Source: an uncultured Acidobacteriota bacterium
GTDB lineage: Bacteria > Acidobacteriota > Thermoanaerobaculia > Multivoradales > UBA5704
Assembly (NCBI GenBank): GCA_963700145.1
Contig: OY969474.1
Span: 3,968,001-4,032,000, forward strand
Direction: 5' to 3'
DNA length: 64,000 nucleotides
Shown: piece after piece, positions 9,709 through 22,821 of the stretch
Layout: the number at the start of each line of letters is the position of its first letter
Numbering within the stretch: position 1 is the stretch's first letter
Made by a program: the position numbers and the translations under genes
The notes under the pieces: model-generated
What the model was told of the DNA's origin: nothing
Database searches by the model: none
What the model saw: only the letters and a program-made list of their open reading frames with translations

Positions 9709-13211
<3,503 letters not shown>

Positions 13212-13215
<4 letters not shown>

Positions 13216-14081
13216 CGGGGAGGAAGAAAGAAGCGTGTCGTCGAGGGTTCCGGTGTGGGGGCGCGCTCCTCGTTCTGCTCGCCGCGGCCTGCGGGCGGGA
13301 GGAGCCCATCGGTCCGGACGTGGTGGCGCGGATCGGGGGAGTGGAAGTGCGGTACGCGGAGTTCGAGCGGGCGGTGGCGCGGACGGTGGGGGACGACGAG
13401 GGGGTGCTGGGGAGCGACGTGCTGTCGCGGCTCTTCGACCAGTTTCTGGACGAGGAGCTGCTGGCGCGGCTGGCCGCCGAGCGCGGGCTGCCGGCGGCGA
13501 GCCGGCGGGCCGCCGTGGACGCGCTGCTGCGCGAGGGGCCGGCGCCGCCGGTGGGGGAGCGGGAGGTGCGCGGCTACTACGAGGCCCACCGCGACGAGTT
13601 CTCGCGCCCCGAGCGGGTGCGCCTGCGGCAGATCCTGGTCGAGGAGCGCGCCGACGCCGAGCGGGCGCGCGCCGAGGTGCTCGGCGGCGCCGACTTCGCC
13701 GAGGTGGCGACGCGGGTGTCGCGCGACCCGAGCGCGGCGCGCGGCGGGCTCCAGGGCGAGCTCTCGCGCCAGGACCTGCCGGCGTCCTTCGCCGCCGCCA
13801 TCTTCGGCCTCGGCGAGGGGGAGGTGAGCGCGATCGTCCCGGCGGACTACGGCTTCCACCTCTTCCAGGTGGTCGAGCGGCTGCCGGCCGAGGTGGTGCC
13901 GCTCGCGGCCGCCCGCCCTGAGATCGTCCGCCGCCTGCGCCGCGCGCGGGCCGACCGCCGGCTCGCGGCGCTGGTCGAAGAGGCCCGCGACCGCTACACT
14001 GTCGCGGTCTACGAGCGGAACCTGCCGTTCCATTACGAAGGGACCTACAGTGCATCGCAAGACACGCCGCCTGACCGCTAG
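13212..14081 (+). CDS. Parvulin-type peptidyl-prolyl isomerase lipoprotein
   Basis: VRLRQILV, FAEVATRVSRDPSAARGG, YGFHLFQV. Confidence 0.8.
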
Positions 14082-15291
14082 CCGCGTCCTCGTCCTCGGC
14101 CTCGCCGCCTTCCCCTGCTGCGCCTCGGCGCCCGCCGGGGCCGCCGAGCTCAACCGCATCGTGCTGCGGGTCAACGACCGCATCGCCACCCTGCGCGATT
14201 ACGAGGAGCGGCGCGCCGGCCTCCTCGGGGAGCTGCAGCGGCGCGAGCTCGACCCCGAGGAGCGGCGCCGGCTCCTCGTGGAGGCGCCGGAAGCGATCTT
14301 CAACGAGCTCTTCCAGGAGCTCCTCCTGCAGTCGCGCGGCGACCAGCTCGGAGTCGAGGTGCCGGAGGAGCGGGTGGACGACACGCTGGCGCGGATGAAG
14401 GAGGGGTACGGCATCACGAGCGACGCCGAGTTCCAGCAGGCGCTGGCGACCTCGGGGATGACCGAGCAGGCGCTGCGCGCCCAGATGCGGCGCAACCTGC
14501 GCATGCGCGAGGTCATGCAGCGCGAGGTGCAGGAGCGGGTCCTCGTCTCCGAGGAGGACCTGCGCCGGATCTACGGCCAGAAGCCCGACAGCTACCGCCT
14601 CCCCGAGCAGCGGCGGCTGCGCGAGGTGGTGGTGCTCGACACCAGCGGCCGCAGCGAGGAGGAGCGGCGGCGCATCGCCGAAGAGGTCCGGCAGGAGCTG
14701 GCCAAGGGCGAGCCGGTGTCGGAGCGGATCGCCGGCTGGGCCGCCGAGGGGGTGACGAGCAACGTCATCGACCTCGGCTGGGTGACGGCCGGCGACCTGG
14801 CGAGCGACCTCGAGGCGGCCGCCCGCGCCCTCCAGGCCGGCGAGGTGAGCCAGCCGATCTCCGGCCGCGGCGGCCTCCACGTGATCCACCTCCTCGAGGT
14901 GCGCGCGCCGCGGGTGCAGAGCTTCGCCGAGGTCGAGGCACAGCTCCGCGAGCAGGAAGAGGACCGCCGCTACCGCCAGGAGGTCGGCAAGTACATGCAG
15001 GAGCTGCAGGAAGCTTCCTACATCGTGGCCAAGCCGCCGGCCGAGGCCGCGGGCTTCCGCCGCCGCCTGGGCGAAGGGTTGCCCGAAGAGGTGCTGGAGA
15101 GCGGCGCGCCGCCCGCCGAGAGCACGGCGCCCGTCGAGTTGCCGGAAGGGATCGCGCCGACCGGCAAGCCGGAGCCCGGCGATCCCGGCCAACTGCCGAT
15201 CGCCAGCCGACCGACCCGCAGACGCCGGACGAACCGCCGGCGCATTGAATCGATCACGGTTTCCGCGCGACCAGCGTACAAGCGTAACTAA
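14050..15291 (+). CDS. SurA-like chaperone/PPIase (true stop may be about 15248 if frameshift near 15205)
   Basis: LNRIVLRVND N-domain, DLGWV...GEVSQPI...GLHVI parvulin domain. Confidence 0.75.
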   Translation: MHRKTRRLTASRVLVLGLAAFPCCASAPAGAAELNRIVLRVNDRIATLRDYEERRAGLLGELQRRELDPEERRRLLVEAPEAIFNELFQELLLQSRGDQLGVEVPEERVDDTLARMKEGYGITSDAEFQQALATSGMTEQALRAQMRRNLRMREVMQREVQERVLVSEEDLRRIYGQKPDSYRLPEQRRLREVVVLDTSGRSEEERRRIAEEVRQELAKGEPVSERIAGWAAEGVTSNVIDLGWVTAGDLASDLEAAARALQAGEVSQPISGRGGLHVIHLLEVRAPRVQSFAEVEAQLREQEEDRRYRQEVGKYMQELQEASYIVAKPPAEAAGFRRRLGEGLPEEVLESGAPPAESTAPVELPEGIAPTGKPEPGDPGQLPIASRPTRRRRTNRRRIESITVSARPAYKRN

Positions 15292-15354
15292 AACGTAAAT
15301 ACCAGCCAACGCGCAAACGCCGGCCAGGCCGGCGTTTGCGAACCGTGCCGTCGC

Positions 15355-15405
15355 GGTGGAAATCTGTGGAAAAAAATGGACAAAAGTGGGTTGACTTGGT
15401 ACGAT
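15355..15405 (+). promoter_or_regulatory. dcw promoter with four phased MraZ-type boxes
   Basis: GTGGA/GTGGA/ATGGA/GTGGG at 10-bp spacing; TGGACA(15377)-N17-TACGAT(15400) with extended TG. Confidence 0.8.
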
Positions 15406-15444
15406 CCCGCCTCAGCAGTCCACTGACAGAGGTTTGTCACAACT

Positions 15445-15891
15445 ATGTTTCGCGGCAGCGCACCTGCGAAGGTCGACGAGAAGGGGCGTCTCAAGGTCCC
15501 GACGGATTTCCGTCGCTTCCTCGAGGACCGCTTCGGCCCCGACCTCTTCGTCACCTCCCTCCTGGGGGACTCTGTCCTCCTCTTCCCGCTGCCCGTCTGG
15601 GAGGAGATCGAGAGCCGCCTCGCCGCGGTCCCCTCGACCGACCGCGCCAAGACCAAGTACCTCGAGCGGGTCAGCTACTTCGGCCAGCAGGTGCGTCTCG
15701 ACGGCCAGGGGCGGTTGGTCATCCCGCAGCTCCTGCGCGAGAGCGCCGGCATGAGCGCCGACGTGGAGGTGGTGGTGAGCGCGCGGATCGACCACCTCGT
15801 CGTCTGGAACCGGGAGCGCTTCACCCGCCGCCTCGAAGAGCAGCCCTTCACCGAGGACGACTTCCGCGCCCTGACCGAGCGCGGGATCTGA
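15445..15891 (+). CDS. mraZ: Division/cell wall cluster repressor MraZ
   Basis: Two DxKGR/DxQGR repeats; first gene of dcw. Confidence 0.95.
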   Translation: MFRGSAPAKVDEKGRLKVPTDFRRFLEDRFGPDLFVTSLLGDSVLLFPLPVWEEIESRLAAVPSTDRAKTKYLERVSYFGQQVRLDGQGRLVIPQLLRESAGMSADVEVVVSARIDHLVVWNRERFTRRLEEQPFTEDDFRALTERGI

Positions 15892-15892
15892 C

Positions 15893-16822
15893 TTGGATGG
15901 GCGGCACACCCCTGTCCTGCTCGTCGAGAGCCTGGAGCTGCTGGCGCCGGCGCGCGGCGGCCTCTTCGTCGACGCCACGGTCGGGCTCGGCGGTCACGCC
16001 GAGGCCCTCCTCCGCGCCGCGCCCGCCGCTTCGCTCCTCGGCATCGACCGCGACCCCGAGGCCCTGGCGCACGCGGCCGAGCGGCTGGCCCCTTTCGGCG
16101 ACCGCGTGCGGCTCGTCGAAGGGGACTTCCACGACCTGGCCGAGGTCGCGGCGCGGGCCGGCGTCGAGCGCGCCGCCGGCTTCCTCGCCGACCTCGGCGT
16201 CTCCTCCCTGCAGCTCGACACCCCCGAGCGGGGCTTCAGCTTCCGCTTCGACGCCCCGCTCGACATGCGCATGGGCCGCCGCGGAGAGACCGCGGCGGAC
16301 CTCCTGAACCGCAGCTCGGAGGCCGACTTGGAGAAGACCCTGAGGGAGTACGGCGAAGAGCGGCAGGCGCGGCGGATCGCCCGGGCCATCGTGGCGGCCC
16401 GGGCCGAGGAGCCGATCGCCACCACCGGCCAGCTCAAGGGGCTGATCGAACGGGTCAAGAGGCGGGAGCCGGGAGAGCGCGAAGGTCGGGTCGACCCGGC
16501 GACGCGCGTCTTCCAGGCGCTGCGCATCGCCGTCAACCGCGAGCTCGCGGGGCTGGGCGAGGCGATCGAGCAGGCGGTGCGGCTGCTGGAGCAGGGGGGG
16601 AGGCTGGTGGTCATCTCCTACCACAGCCTCGAGGACCGCATCGTCAAGAACACGCTGCGCGACCTGGCGCGCGGCGAGATCGACCAGGTTACCGGCCGCC
16701 CGCACACGGAGACCCAGGCGATCGAGGTGCTGACCAAGAAGCCGGTGCGCCCGAGCGAGGAAGAGGTGGCGTTCAACCCGCGCGCCCGCTCGGCCCGGTT
16801 GCGCGCGGCGCGCCGGATCTAG
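15893..16822 (+). CDS. rsmH: 16S rRNA m4C1402 methyltransferase
   Basis: HTPVL, DATVGLGGH, DLGVSSLQLD, NPRARSARLR. Confidence 0.95.
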   Translation: MDGRHTPVLLVESLELLAPARGGLFVDATVGLGGHAEALLRAAPAASLLGIDRDPEALAHAAERLAPFGDRVRLVEGDFHDLAEVAARAGVERAAGFLADLGVSSLQLDTPERGFSFRFDAPLDMRMGRRGETAADLLNRSSEADLEKTLREYGEERQARRIARAIVAARAEEPIATTGQLKGLIERVKRREPGEREGRVDPATRVFQALRIAVNRELAGLGEAIEQAVRLLEQGGRLVVISYHSLEDRIVKNTLRDLARGEIDQVTGRPHTETQAIEVLTKKPVRPSEEEVAFNPRARSARLRAARRI

Positions 16823-16836
16823 GAGCCCGCCGCGCC

Positions 16837-17181
16837 GTGAAGACCGCCTACGCCGTCCATCGCCCGGTGGCCAACAGCTACCTGGTGCGCGAGCGCGACC
16901 GCCGGCGGGTGCGCGAGCTGGCGGTCGTCCTCGTCGCCGTCGGCTGCCTCGGCGGCGGGCTCCTCGCCTACACCTGGATCCACGCCGAGCTGCTGCGCGC
17001 CGGCTACCGCATCGACGAGCTGGAGCGCCGCCAGGAGGAGCTGCAGCGCCTCGAGCGGCAGCTCCTGCTCGAGGCCTCCTACCTCGCCAGCCCGCAGCGC
17101 GTCGAGCGCCGCGCGGTCGACGAGCTGGGGATGCAGCCGCCGGCGATCGAGCAGGTCCTCTTCTGGGAGGAGCTGCGGTGA
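16837..17181 (+). CDS. ftsL: Cell division protein FtsL
   Basis: Single TM plus coiled coil between rsmH and PBP. Confidence 0.75.
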   Translation: MKTAYAVHRPVANSYLVRERDRRRVRELAVVLVAVGCLGGGLLAYTWIHAELLRAGYRIDELERRQEELQRLERQLLLEASYLASPQRVERRAVDELGMQPPAIEQVLFWEELR

Positions 17182-18902
17182 AGGGGCGCCTGCTCTTCGT
17201 CGCCCTCTTCCTCGGCGGCTGGACGGCGGCCATCGCCGGGCGCCTCTACGTCCTCCAGGTCGTCCGCCACGACGCCTACGTCGAGCGCGCCGCCGAGCAG
17301 CAGCAGCGGGTGCTCGAGCTGACGCCGGCGCGCGGCACCATCTACGACGCCCGCGGCCGCGAGCTGGCGGTCTCCGTGCAGGTCGACTCCGCCTACGTCG
17401 ACCCGCGCCAGGTGCGCGATCCGGACGCCCTCGCCCGCGAGCTCGCCGCGGTCCTCGGCGCCGACGCCGCGAAGCTCCGCCGCCAGCTCGACGCCGACAG
17501 CGAGTTCGTCTGGATCGCGCGCCAGCTCGACCCGCCGATCGCCGAGGAGCTGCGGCGCCGCGCTCTGCCCGGCCTGCACTTCGTCGAGGAGAGCAAGCGT
17601 TACTACCCGATGCGCGAGCTGGCGGCGCAGGTGCTCGGCTACGCCGGCGTCGACAACCAGGGGCTCGCCGGCCTCGAGCTGGTCTACGACGAGGTGGTGG
17701 CGGGGCGGAAGGGGGAGCGCACCGTGCTGCGCGACGCGCGGCGCGACACCGTGGTGGCGCCGCACCTCGCGGTCTCGGCCGCCGAGCCGGGGCGCGACCT
17801 CCACCTCACGCTCGACGCCACCATCCAGCACATCGTCGAGCGCGAGCTGGCGCGCGCCGTCGAGGAGCGCGGGGCGAAGCAGGGGACGGCGGTCTTCCTC
17901 GACCCGGCGACCGGCGCCGTGCTGGCGATGGCCACCTACCCGGGATTCGATCCCAACGAGTTCGCGCGCGTCCAGCCGAGCCGCTGGCGCAATCGCGCGA
18001 TCACGGACGTCTACGAGCCGGGCTCCACCTTCAAGGTGGTCACCGCCGCCGCGGCGCTGAAGGCCGGGCTGGTGGCGCCCGAGGACCCCTTCGAGTGCGA
18101 GATGGGCGGCATCACGCTCGCCGGCATCCGCATCCGCGACCACAAGCCGTTCGGGCGCCTGACCTTTGCCGAGGTGCTCGAGAAGTCGAGCAACGTCGGG
18201 ATGATCAAGACGGCACTGCTGCTGGGCGACCAGCGCCTGCACGCGACGGTCACGGCCTTCGGCTTCGGCAAGCCCACCGGCGTCGACCTGCCGGGGGAGA
18301 GCCCGGGAATCCTCCATCCGCTCGCGCAGTGGCGGCCGCTGACCAAGGCCTACCTCTCCTTCGGCCAGGGGATCGCGGTGACGCCGCTGCAGCTCGCCGC
18401 GGCGGTGGGCGCGATCGCCAACGGCGGCACGCTGGCGAGGCCGCACGTCGTGGCGGCGCTCGGCGGCGACGGCGAGAGCCATCCGCGGCCGCCGGTCGTC
18501 GGGCACCCGTTGGACGAACGCTCGGCGGCGACGCTGCGCGCGGTGCTCGAAGGGGTCGTGACCCACGGTACCGGGAAGGGTGCGGCGGTGCCCGGCTACC
18601 GGGTGGCGGGCAAGACCGGCACGGCGCAGAAGGCGGTGGCCGGCGGCTACTCGCGCAGCGGCTACGTGCCGAGCTTCGTCGGCTTCGCGCCGGTCGAGCG
18701 GCCGGTGCTGGTCGGTGTGGTGGCGGTGGACGAGCCGGCCGGCTGGGAGTACCACGGCGGGCAGGTGGCGGCGCCGCTCTTCGGCGCCATCGCCCGACAG
18801 GTGCTGCTCTACATGGGGGTGCGCCCGGACCGCGAGCCGCCGGCGCTCTGGCCGGGGGAGGTGCCGCCGCCAGCGCCTCCGTTCACGGGCGAGGCCATCT
18901 GA
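17178..18902 (+). CDS. ftsI: Class B penicillin-binding protein (PBP3)
   Basis: RGTIYD, EPGSTFK, SSN, KTGTAQK. Confidence 0.9.
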   Translation: MKGRLLFVALFLGGWTAAIAGRLYVLQVVRHDAYVERAAEQQQRVLELTPARGTIYDARGRELAVSVQVDSAYVDPRQVRDPDALARELAAVLGADAAKLRRQLDADSEFVWIARQLDPPIAEELRRRALPGLHFVEESKRYYPMRELAAQVLGYAGVDNQGLAGLELVYDEVVAGRKGERTVLRDARRDTVVAPHLAVSAAEPGRDLHLTLDATIQHIVERELARAVEERGAKQGTAVFLDPATGAVLAMATYPGFDPNEFARVQPSRWRNRAITDVYEPGSTFKVVTAAAALKAGLVAPEDPFECEMGGITLAGIRIRDHKPFGRLTFAEVLEKSSNVGMIKTALLLGDQRLHATVTAFGFGKPTGVDLPGESPGILHPLAQWRPLTKAYLSFGQGIAVTPLQLAAAVGAIANGGTLARPHVVAALGGDGESHPRPPVVGHPLDERSAATLRAVLEGVVTHGTGKGAAVPGYRVAGKTGTAQKAVAGGYSRSGYVPSFVGFAPVERPVLVGVVAVDEPAGWEYHGGQVAAPLFGAIARQVLLYMGVRPDREPPALWPGEVPPPAPPFTGEAI

Positions 18903-18912
18903 GGTCGTGGAC

Positions 18913-20388
18913 GTGCGGCTCGCGGAGCTGACCGCAGGGCTTCCGGTCACCCCGCCGCCAGGCGAGGGGTGGCGGGAGGTGGAGGTCGTGGGCGTGGCGC
19001 ACGACTCGCGCGCCGTCGCCCCCGGCGACCTCTTCGTCGCCTGGGCCGGTGAGCGGCACGACGGCCGCGCCTTCGCGCCGCAGGCGGTCGAGCGCGGCGC
19101 CGCCGCGGTGCTCGGCGCCGGCCCGGCGCCGCAGGGGATCGCGGTCCCCTGGCTCGCCGGCGCCGACCCGCGCGCCCTGCTGGCGCCGCTCGCCGCCCGC
19201 GTCTACGACCATCCCGACCGCGAGCTGGTCGTCGCCGGCGTTACCGGCACGAACGGCAAGTCGACGGTCGCGACGCTCATCGCGGCGGTCCTCGAAGCCG
19301 CTGGCCGCCGCGCCGGCTTCATCGGCACCCTCGGCTACCGGCTGGGCGGGGTGGCGTTCCCCGGCGAGCGCACGACCCCCGAAGCCTCGGACCTCTTCCG
19401 CACCCTGCGCGCCATGCGCCAGCGCGGCGCGCGGGCGGTGGCGATGGAGGTCTCCTCGCACGCCCTGGAGCAGGGGCGGGTGGCGGGGCTTGGCTTCGAC
19501 GTCGCCGTCTTCACCAACCTGACACGCGACCACCTGGAGTACCACGGCTCGATGGAGAGCTACTTCGCCGCCAAGCGGCGGCTCTTCGAGCTGCTGAAGC
19601 CGGCCGGCCGGGCGGCGGTCAACCTCGACGACGAATGGGGCCGGCGGCTCGCCGCCGAGCTGCCGGGGGCGCTCACCTACGGGGAAGGGGGCGAGGTGCG
19701 GGCCGAGGAGGTCGAGCTGACGATGTCCGGCATCCGCGCGCGGGTCGCGACCCCTGCCGGTAACTTCGCCCTCGCTTCGGCGCTGCGCGGCCGCTTCAAC
19801 CTGGAGAACCTCCTCGCCGCGACCGCCGCGGCGGTGGCTCTCGATCTCCCTCTCGCCGCCGCCGAGGCCGCCTTCGCGCGGCAGGAGCCGGTGCCGGGGC
19901 GGCTCGAGCCGGTGGACCGCGGCCAGCCGTTCGCCGCCTATGTCGATTACGCGCACACCGACGCGGCGCTGGCGGCGGCCCTGCGCTCGGCGCGCGAGCT
20001 GGCTGCCGGCCGCGTGATCCTGGTCTTCGGCTGCGGCGGCGAGCGCGACCCCGGCAAGCGGCCGCTGATGGGGCGGGTGGCCGGCGAGCTGGCGGACCTG
20101 CCGATCGCCACCTCCGACAACCCCCGCCGCGAGGACCCGCTGGCGATCCTCGCCGCGGTCGAGGAAGGGCTCGCGGCGAGCGGCAACCCGGACTACCGCG
20201 TCGTCCCCGACCGCCGCGCCGCGATCCGCGAGGCGGTCGCCGCGGCGCGCCCCGGCGACGTCGTGCTGGTAGCCGGCAAGGGGCACGAGGCGACGCAGGT
20301 CGTGGGCGAGGAGAAGCTGCCGTTTTCCGATCGCGACGAGCTGGCGCGGGCACTGGAGGGCCGCTTCGGTGCGGGCGACCTTGGCTGA
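18913..20388 (+). CDS. murE: UDP-MurNAc-tripeptide synthetase (DAP type)
   Basis: GVTGTNGKST, MEVSSH, DYAHT, SDNPR. Confidence 0.95.
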   Translation: MRLAELTAGLPVTPPPGEGWREVEVVGVAHDSRAVAPGDLFVAWAGERHDGRAFAPQAVERGAAAVLGAGPAPQGIAVPWLAGADPRALLAPLAARVYDHPDRELVVAGVTGTNGKSTVATLIAAVLEAAGRRAGFIGTLGYRLGGVAFPGERTTPEASDLFRTLRAMRQRGARAVAMEVSSHALEQGRVAGLGFDVAVFTNLTRDHLEYHGSMESYFAAKRRLFELLKPAGRAAVNLDDEWGRRLAAELPGALTYGEGGEVRAEEVELTMSGIRARVATPAGNFALASALRGRFNLENLLAATAAAVALDLPLAAAEAAFARQEPVPGRLEPVDRGQPFAAYVDYAHTDAALAAALRSARELAAGRVILVFGCGGERDPGKRPLMGRVAGELADLPIATSDNPRREDPLAILAAVEEGLAASGNPDYRVVPDRRAAIREAVAAARPGDVVLVAGKGHEATQVVGEEKLPFSDRDELARALEGRFGAGDLG

Positions 20389-21745
20389 GGCCGCGGCGGC
20401 GATGGACGGCAGGCTGGCGGGCGCCGACGGCGCAACGCCCTGGGAGGGGGTGGCGATCGACTCGCGCGCGGTGCGCGCTGGGCAGCTCTTCTTCGCCCTC
20501 CCCGGCGCGCGCACCGACGGCCACAGCTTCCTGCCGCAGGCGCTCGCCGCCGGCGCCGCCGCCGTGGTGGTGCACGACGACTCCGCGCTGCCGGAAGGGG
20601 CGCCGCACATCGCCGTGCCCGACACCTTCGAGGCGCTGCACGCCCTCACCCGCCACGCCCGCGCCCGGGTGCCGGAGAAGCTCGCCGCGGTCACCGGCTC
20701 GGTGGGGAAGACCACCACCAAGGAGCTGCTGGCGGCGATGCTGGCGCGCCGCTTCCGGGTGGCGCGCACGCCGGGGAACCTCAACAGCCTCTACGGCTTC
20801 CCGCTGGGGCTCCTCGACGTCCCCGCGGACACCGAGTGGATGGTGGCCGAGATGGGGATGTCGACGCCGGGGGAGCTGGCCCGCCTGTCGCGCCTCGGCC
20901 GGCCGGACGTGGCGGTCTTCACCGCCGTGCGGCCGGTGCACCTGGAGTTCTTCGGCAGCCTGCGCGCCATCGCCGAGGCCAAGGCCGAGCTGCTGGCCGG
21001 GCTGGCTCCGGATGGGCTGGTGGTCGCCAACGCCGACGACCCCGAGGTGGCGCGCATCGGCCGCCGCCACGAGGACGAGGGGGGACGGGTGGTGTGGTAC
21101 GGCGCGGCCGGCGAGGTGCGGGCGCGCGACGTCGCGCCGGCGGCCGAAGGGGTCGGCACACGGTTCGTCCTCGAGGCCGGCGGCGAGAGCGCCGAGGTGC
21201 TCCTGCCGCTCCACGGCCTCTACAACGTCGAGAACTGCCTTGCGGCGGCGGCCGCGGCGCGGGCGATCGGTGTGCCGCTCGCCCAGATCGCTGCGGCCGC
21301 CGCGGAGGTGCAGCCGGCGGCGATGCGCGGCGTGGTGCATCGCCTCCCCGGCGGCGTCACCCTGATCGACGACTCCTACAACTCCAACCCCGACGCGCTG
21401 GCCCGCGCGCTGGAGAGCGCTTCGCTCCTGCCCGCCCAGCGCCGGCTCGCCGTCCTCGGCGACATGCTGGAGCTGGGGCCGGAGGGGCCCGAGTTCCACC
21501 GCGAGGCCGGGCGCAAGGCGGCCGAGCTGGGGTTCTCGCCGATCGTGGGAGTCGGCGAGCTGGCGCGCGAGCTGGTGGCGGGCGCCGAAGAGGTCGACGT
21601 CGAGACCGACTGGTTCGAGGACGCGGAGAGCGCCGCCGCCTGGATGCCCGAGGAACTGCGCTCGGGCGACCTCCTGCTGGTCAAGGGCTCGCGCGGCGTC
21701 GGCCTCGACCGCGTCGTCAAGGCGCTGCTCGAGAGGGCCGCCTAG
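20369..21745 (+). CDS. murF: UDP-MurNAc-pentapeptide synthetase
   Basis: VTGSVGKTTTKE, DDSYNSNP, LGDMLELG, KGSRG. Confidence 0.95.
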   Translation: MRATLAEAAAAMDGRLAGADGATPWEGVAIDSRAVRAGQLFFALPGARTDGHSFLPQALAAGAAAVVVHDDSALPEGAPHIAVPDTFEALHALTRHARARVPEKLAAVTGSVGKTTTKELLAAMLARRFRVARTPGNLNSLYGFPLGLLDVPADTEWMVAEMGMSTPGELARLSRLGRPDVAVFTAVRPVHLEFFGSLRAIAEAKAELLAGLAPDGLVVANADDPEVARIGRRHEDEGGRVVWYGAAGEVRARDVAPAAEGVGTRFVLEAGGESAEVLLPLHGLYNVENCLAAAAAARAIGVPLAQIAAAAAEVQPAAMRGVVHRLPGGVTLIDDSYNSNPDALARALESASLLPAQRRLAVLGDMLELGPEGPEFHREAGRKAAELGFSPIVGVGELARELVAGAEEVDVETDWFEDAESAAAWMPEELRSGDLLLVKGSRGVGLDRVVKALLERAA

Positions 21746-22821
21746 TGCTTTACCACTTCCTCTATCCGCTGGCCGACCAGGTGCCGCTGTTCAACGTCTT
21801 CCGCTACATCACCTTCCGGGCGGCGGGGGCGATCGTCACCGCGCTGCTGCTCTCGCTCTTCCTCGGCCCCTGGTTCATCCGCACCCTGCGGCGCCTCTCG
21901 GTGGGGCAGAACATCCGCGAGCTCGGGCCGCAGGCGCATCAGGTCAAGGCCGGGACGCCGACGATGGGCGGCCTGCTGATCCTCTTCGCGGTCCTCGTCC
22001 CGACGCTGCTCTGGGCGACCCTCGACAACATCTACGTCTGGGTGGCGATGGCGGTGACCACCGCTTTCGGCGCCATCGGCTTCGCCGACGACTACCTCAA
22101 GGTGCGGCGGCGCAACAACCTCGGCCTGAGCGTCCGCGGCAAGTTCCTCCTCCAGGTGCTGGTGGCGGCGGCGCTCGGCGCCTATCTCCTCTGGCTGCCG
22201 GGCTTCGACGCGACCGTGTACTTCCCCTTCTTCAAGCGGCTGATCTGGCAGGCGGGGATCTTCTACGTGCCGTTCGTGGCGCTGGTGCTGGCGGGGACCT
22301 CGAACGCCGTCAACCTGACCGATGGCCTCGACGGCCTGGCGATCGGCGCGACGCTGGTGGCCAGCGCCACCTACGCCGTCTTCAGCTACATCGCCGGCAA
22401 CCGGGTCATCGCCAACTACCTGCAGGTGACTTACGTGCCCGGCGCCGGCGAGGTCACGGTCTTCTGCGGCGCCCTGGTGGGCGCCAGCCTCGGCTTCCTC
22501 TGGTTCAACTCCCATCCCGCCGAGGTCTTCATGGGAGACGTGGGGTCGCTCTCGATCGGCGCCGCCATCGGCAGCGTGGCCGTGCTCGCCAAGCAGGAGC
22601 TGGTGCTGGTGCTGGTCGGCGGCCTCTTCGTCATGGAGGCGCTCTCGGTGATCATCCAGGTCGTCTCCTTCAAGCTCACCGGCCGGCGCGTCTTCCGCAT
22701 GTCGCCGCTCCACCACCACTTCGAGCTCTCGGGGTGGGCGGAGCCTAAGGTCATCGTGCGCTTCTGGATCCTCTCGATCCTGTTCGCGCTCCTCTCTCTC
22801 TCGACGTTGAAGCTGCGATGA
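21745..22821 (+). CDS. mraY: Phospho-MurNAc-pentapeptide translocase
   Basis: KAGTPTMGG, NAVNLTDGLDGL, FMGDVGS, PLHHHFE. Confidence 0.97.
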   Translation: MLYHFLYPLADQVPLFNVFRYITFRAAGAIVTALLLSLFLGPWFIRTLRRLSVGQNIRELGPQAHQVKAGTPTMGGLLILFAVLVPTLLWATLDNIYVWVAMAVTTAFGAIGFADDYLKVRRRNNLGLSVRGKFLLQVLVAAALGAYLLWLPGFDATVYFPFFKRLIWQAGIFYVPFVALVLAGTSNAVNLTDGLDGLAIGATLVASATYAVFSYIAGNRVIANYLQVTYVPGAGEVTVFCGALVGASLGFLWFNSHPAEVFMGDVGSLSIGAAIGSVAVLAKQELVLVLVGGLFVMEALSVIIQVVSFKLTGRRVFRMSPLHHHFELSGWAEPKVIVRFWILSILFALLSLSTLKLR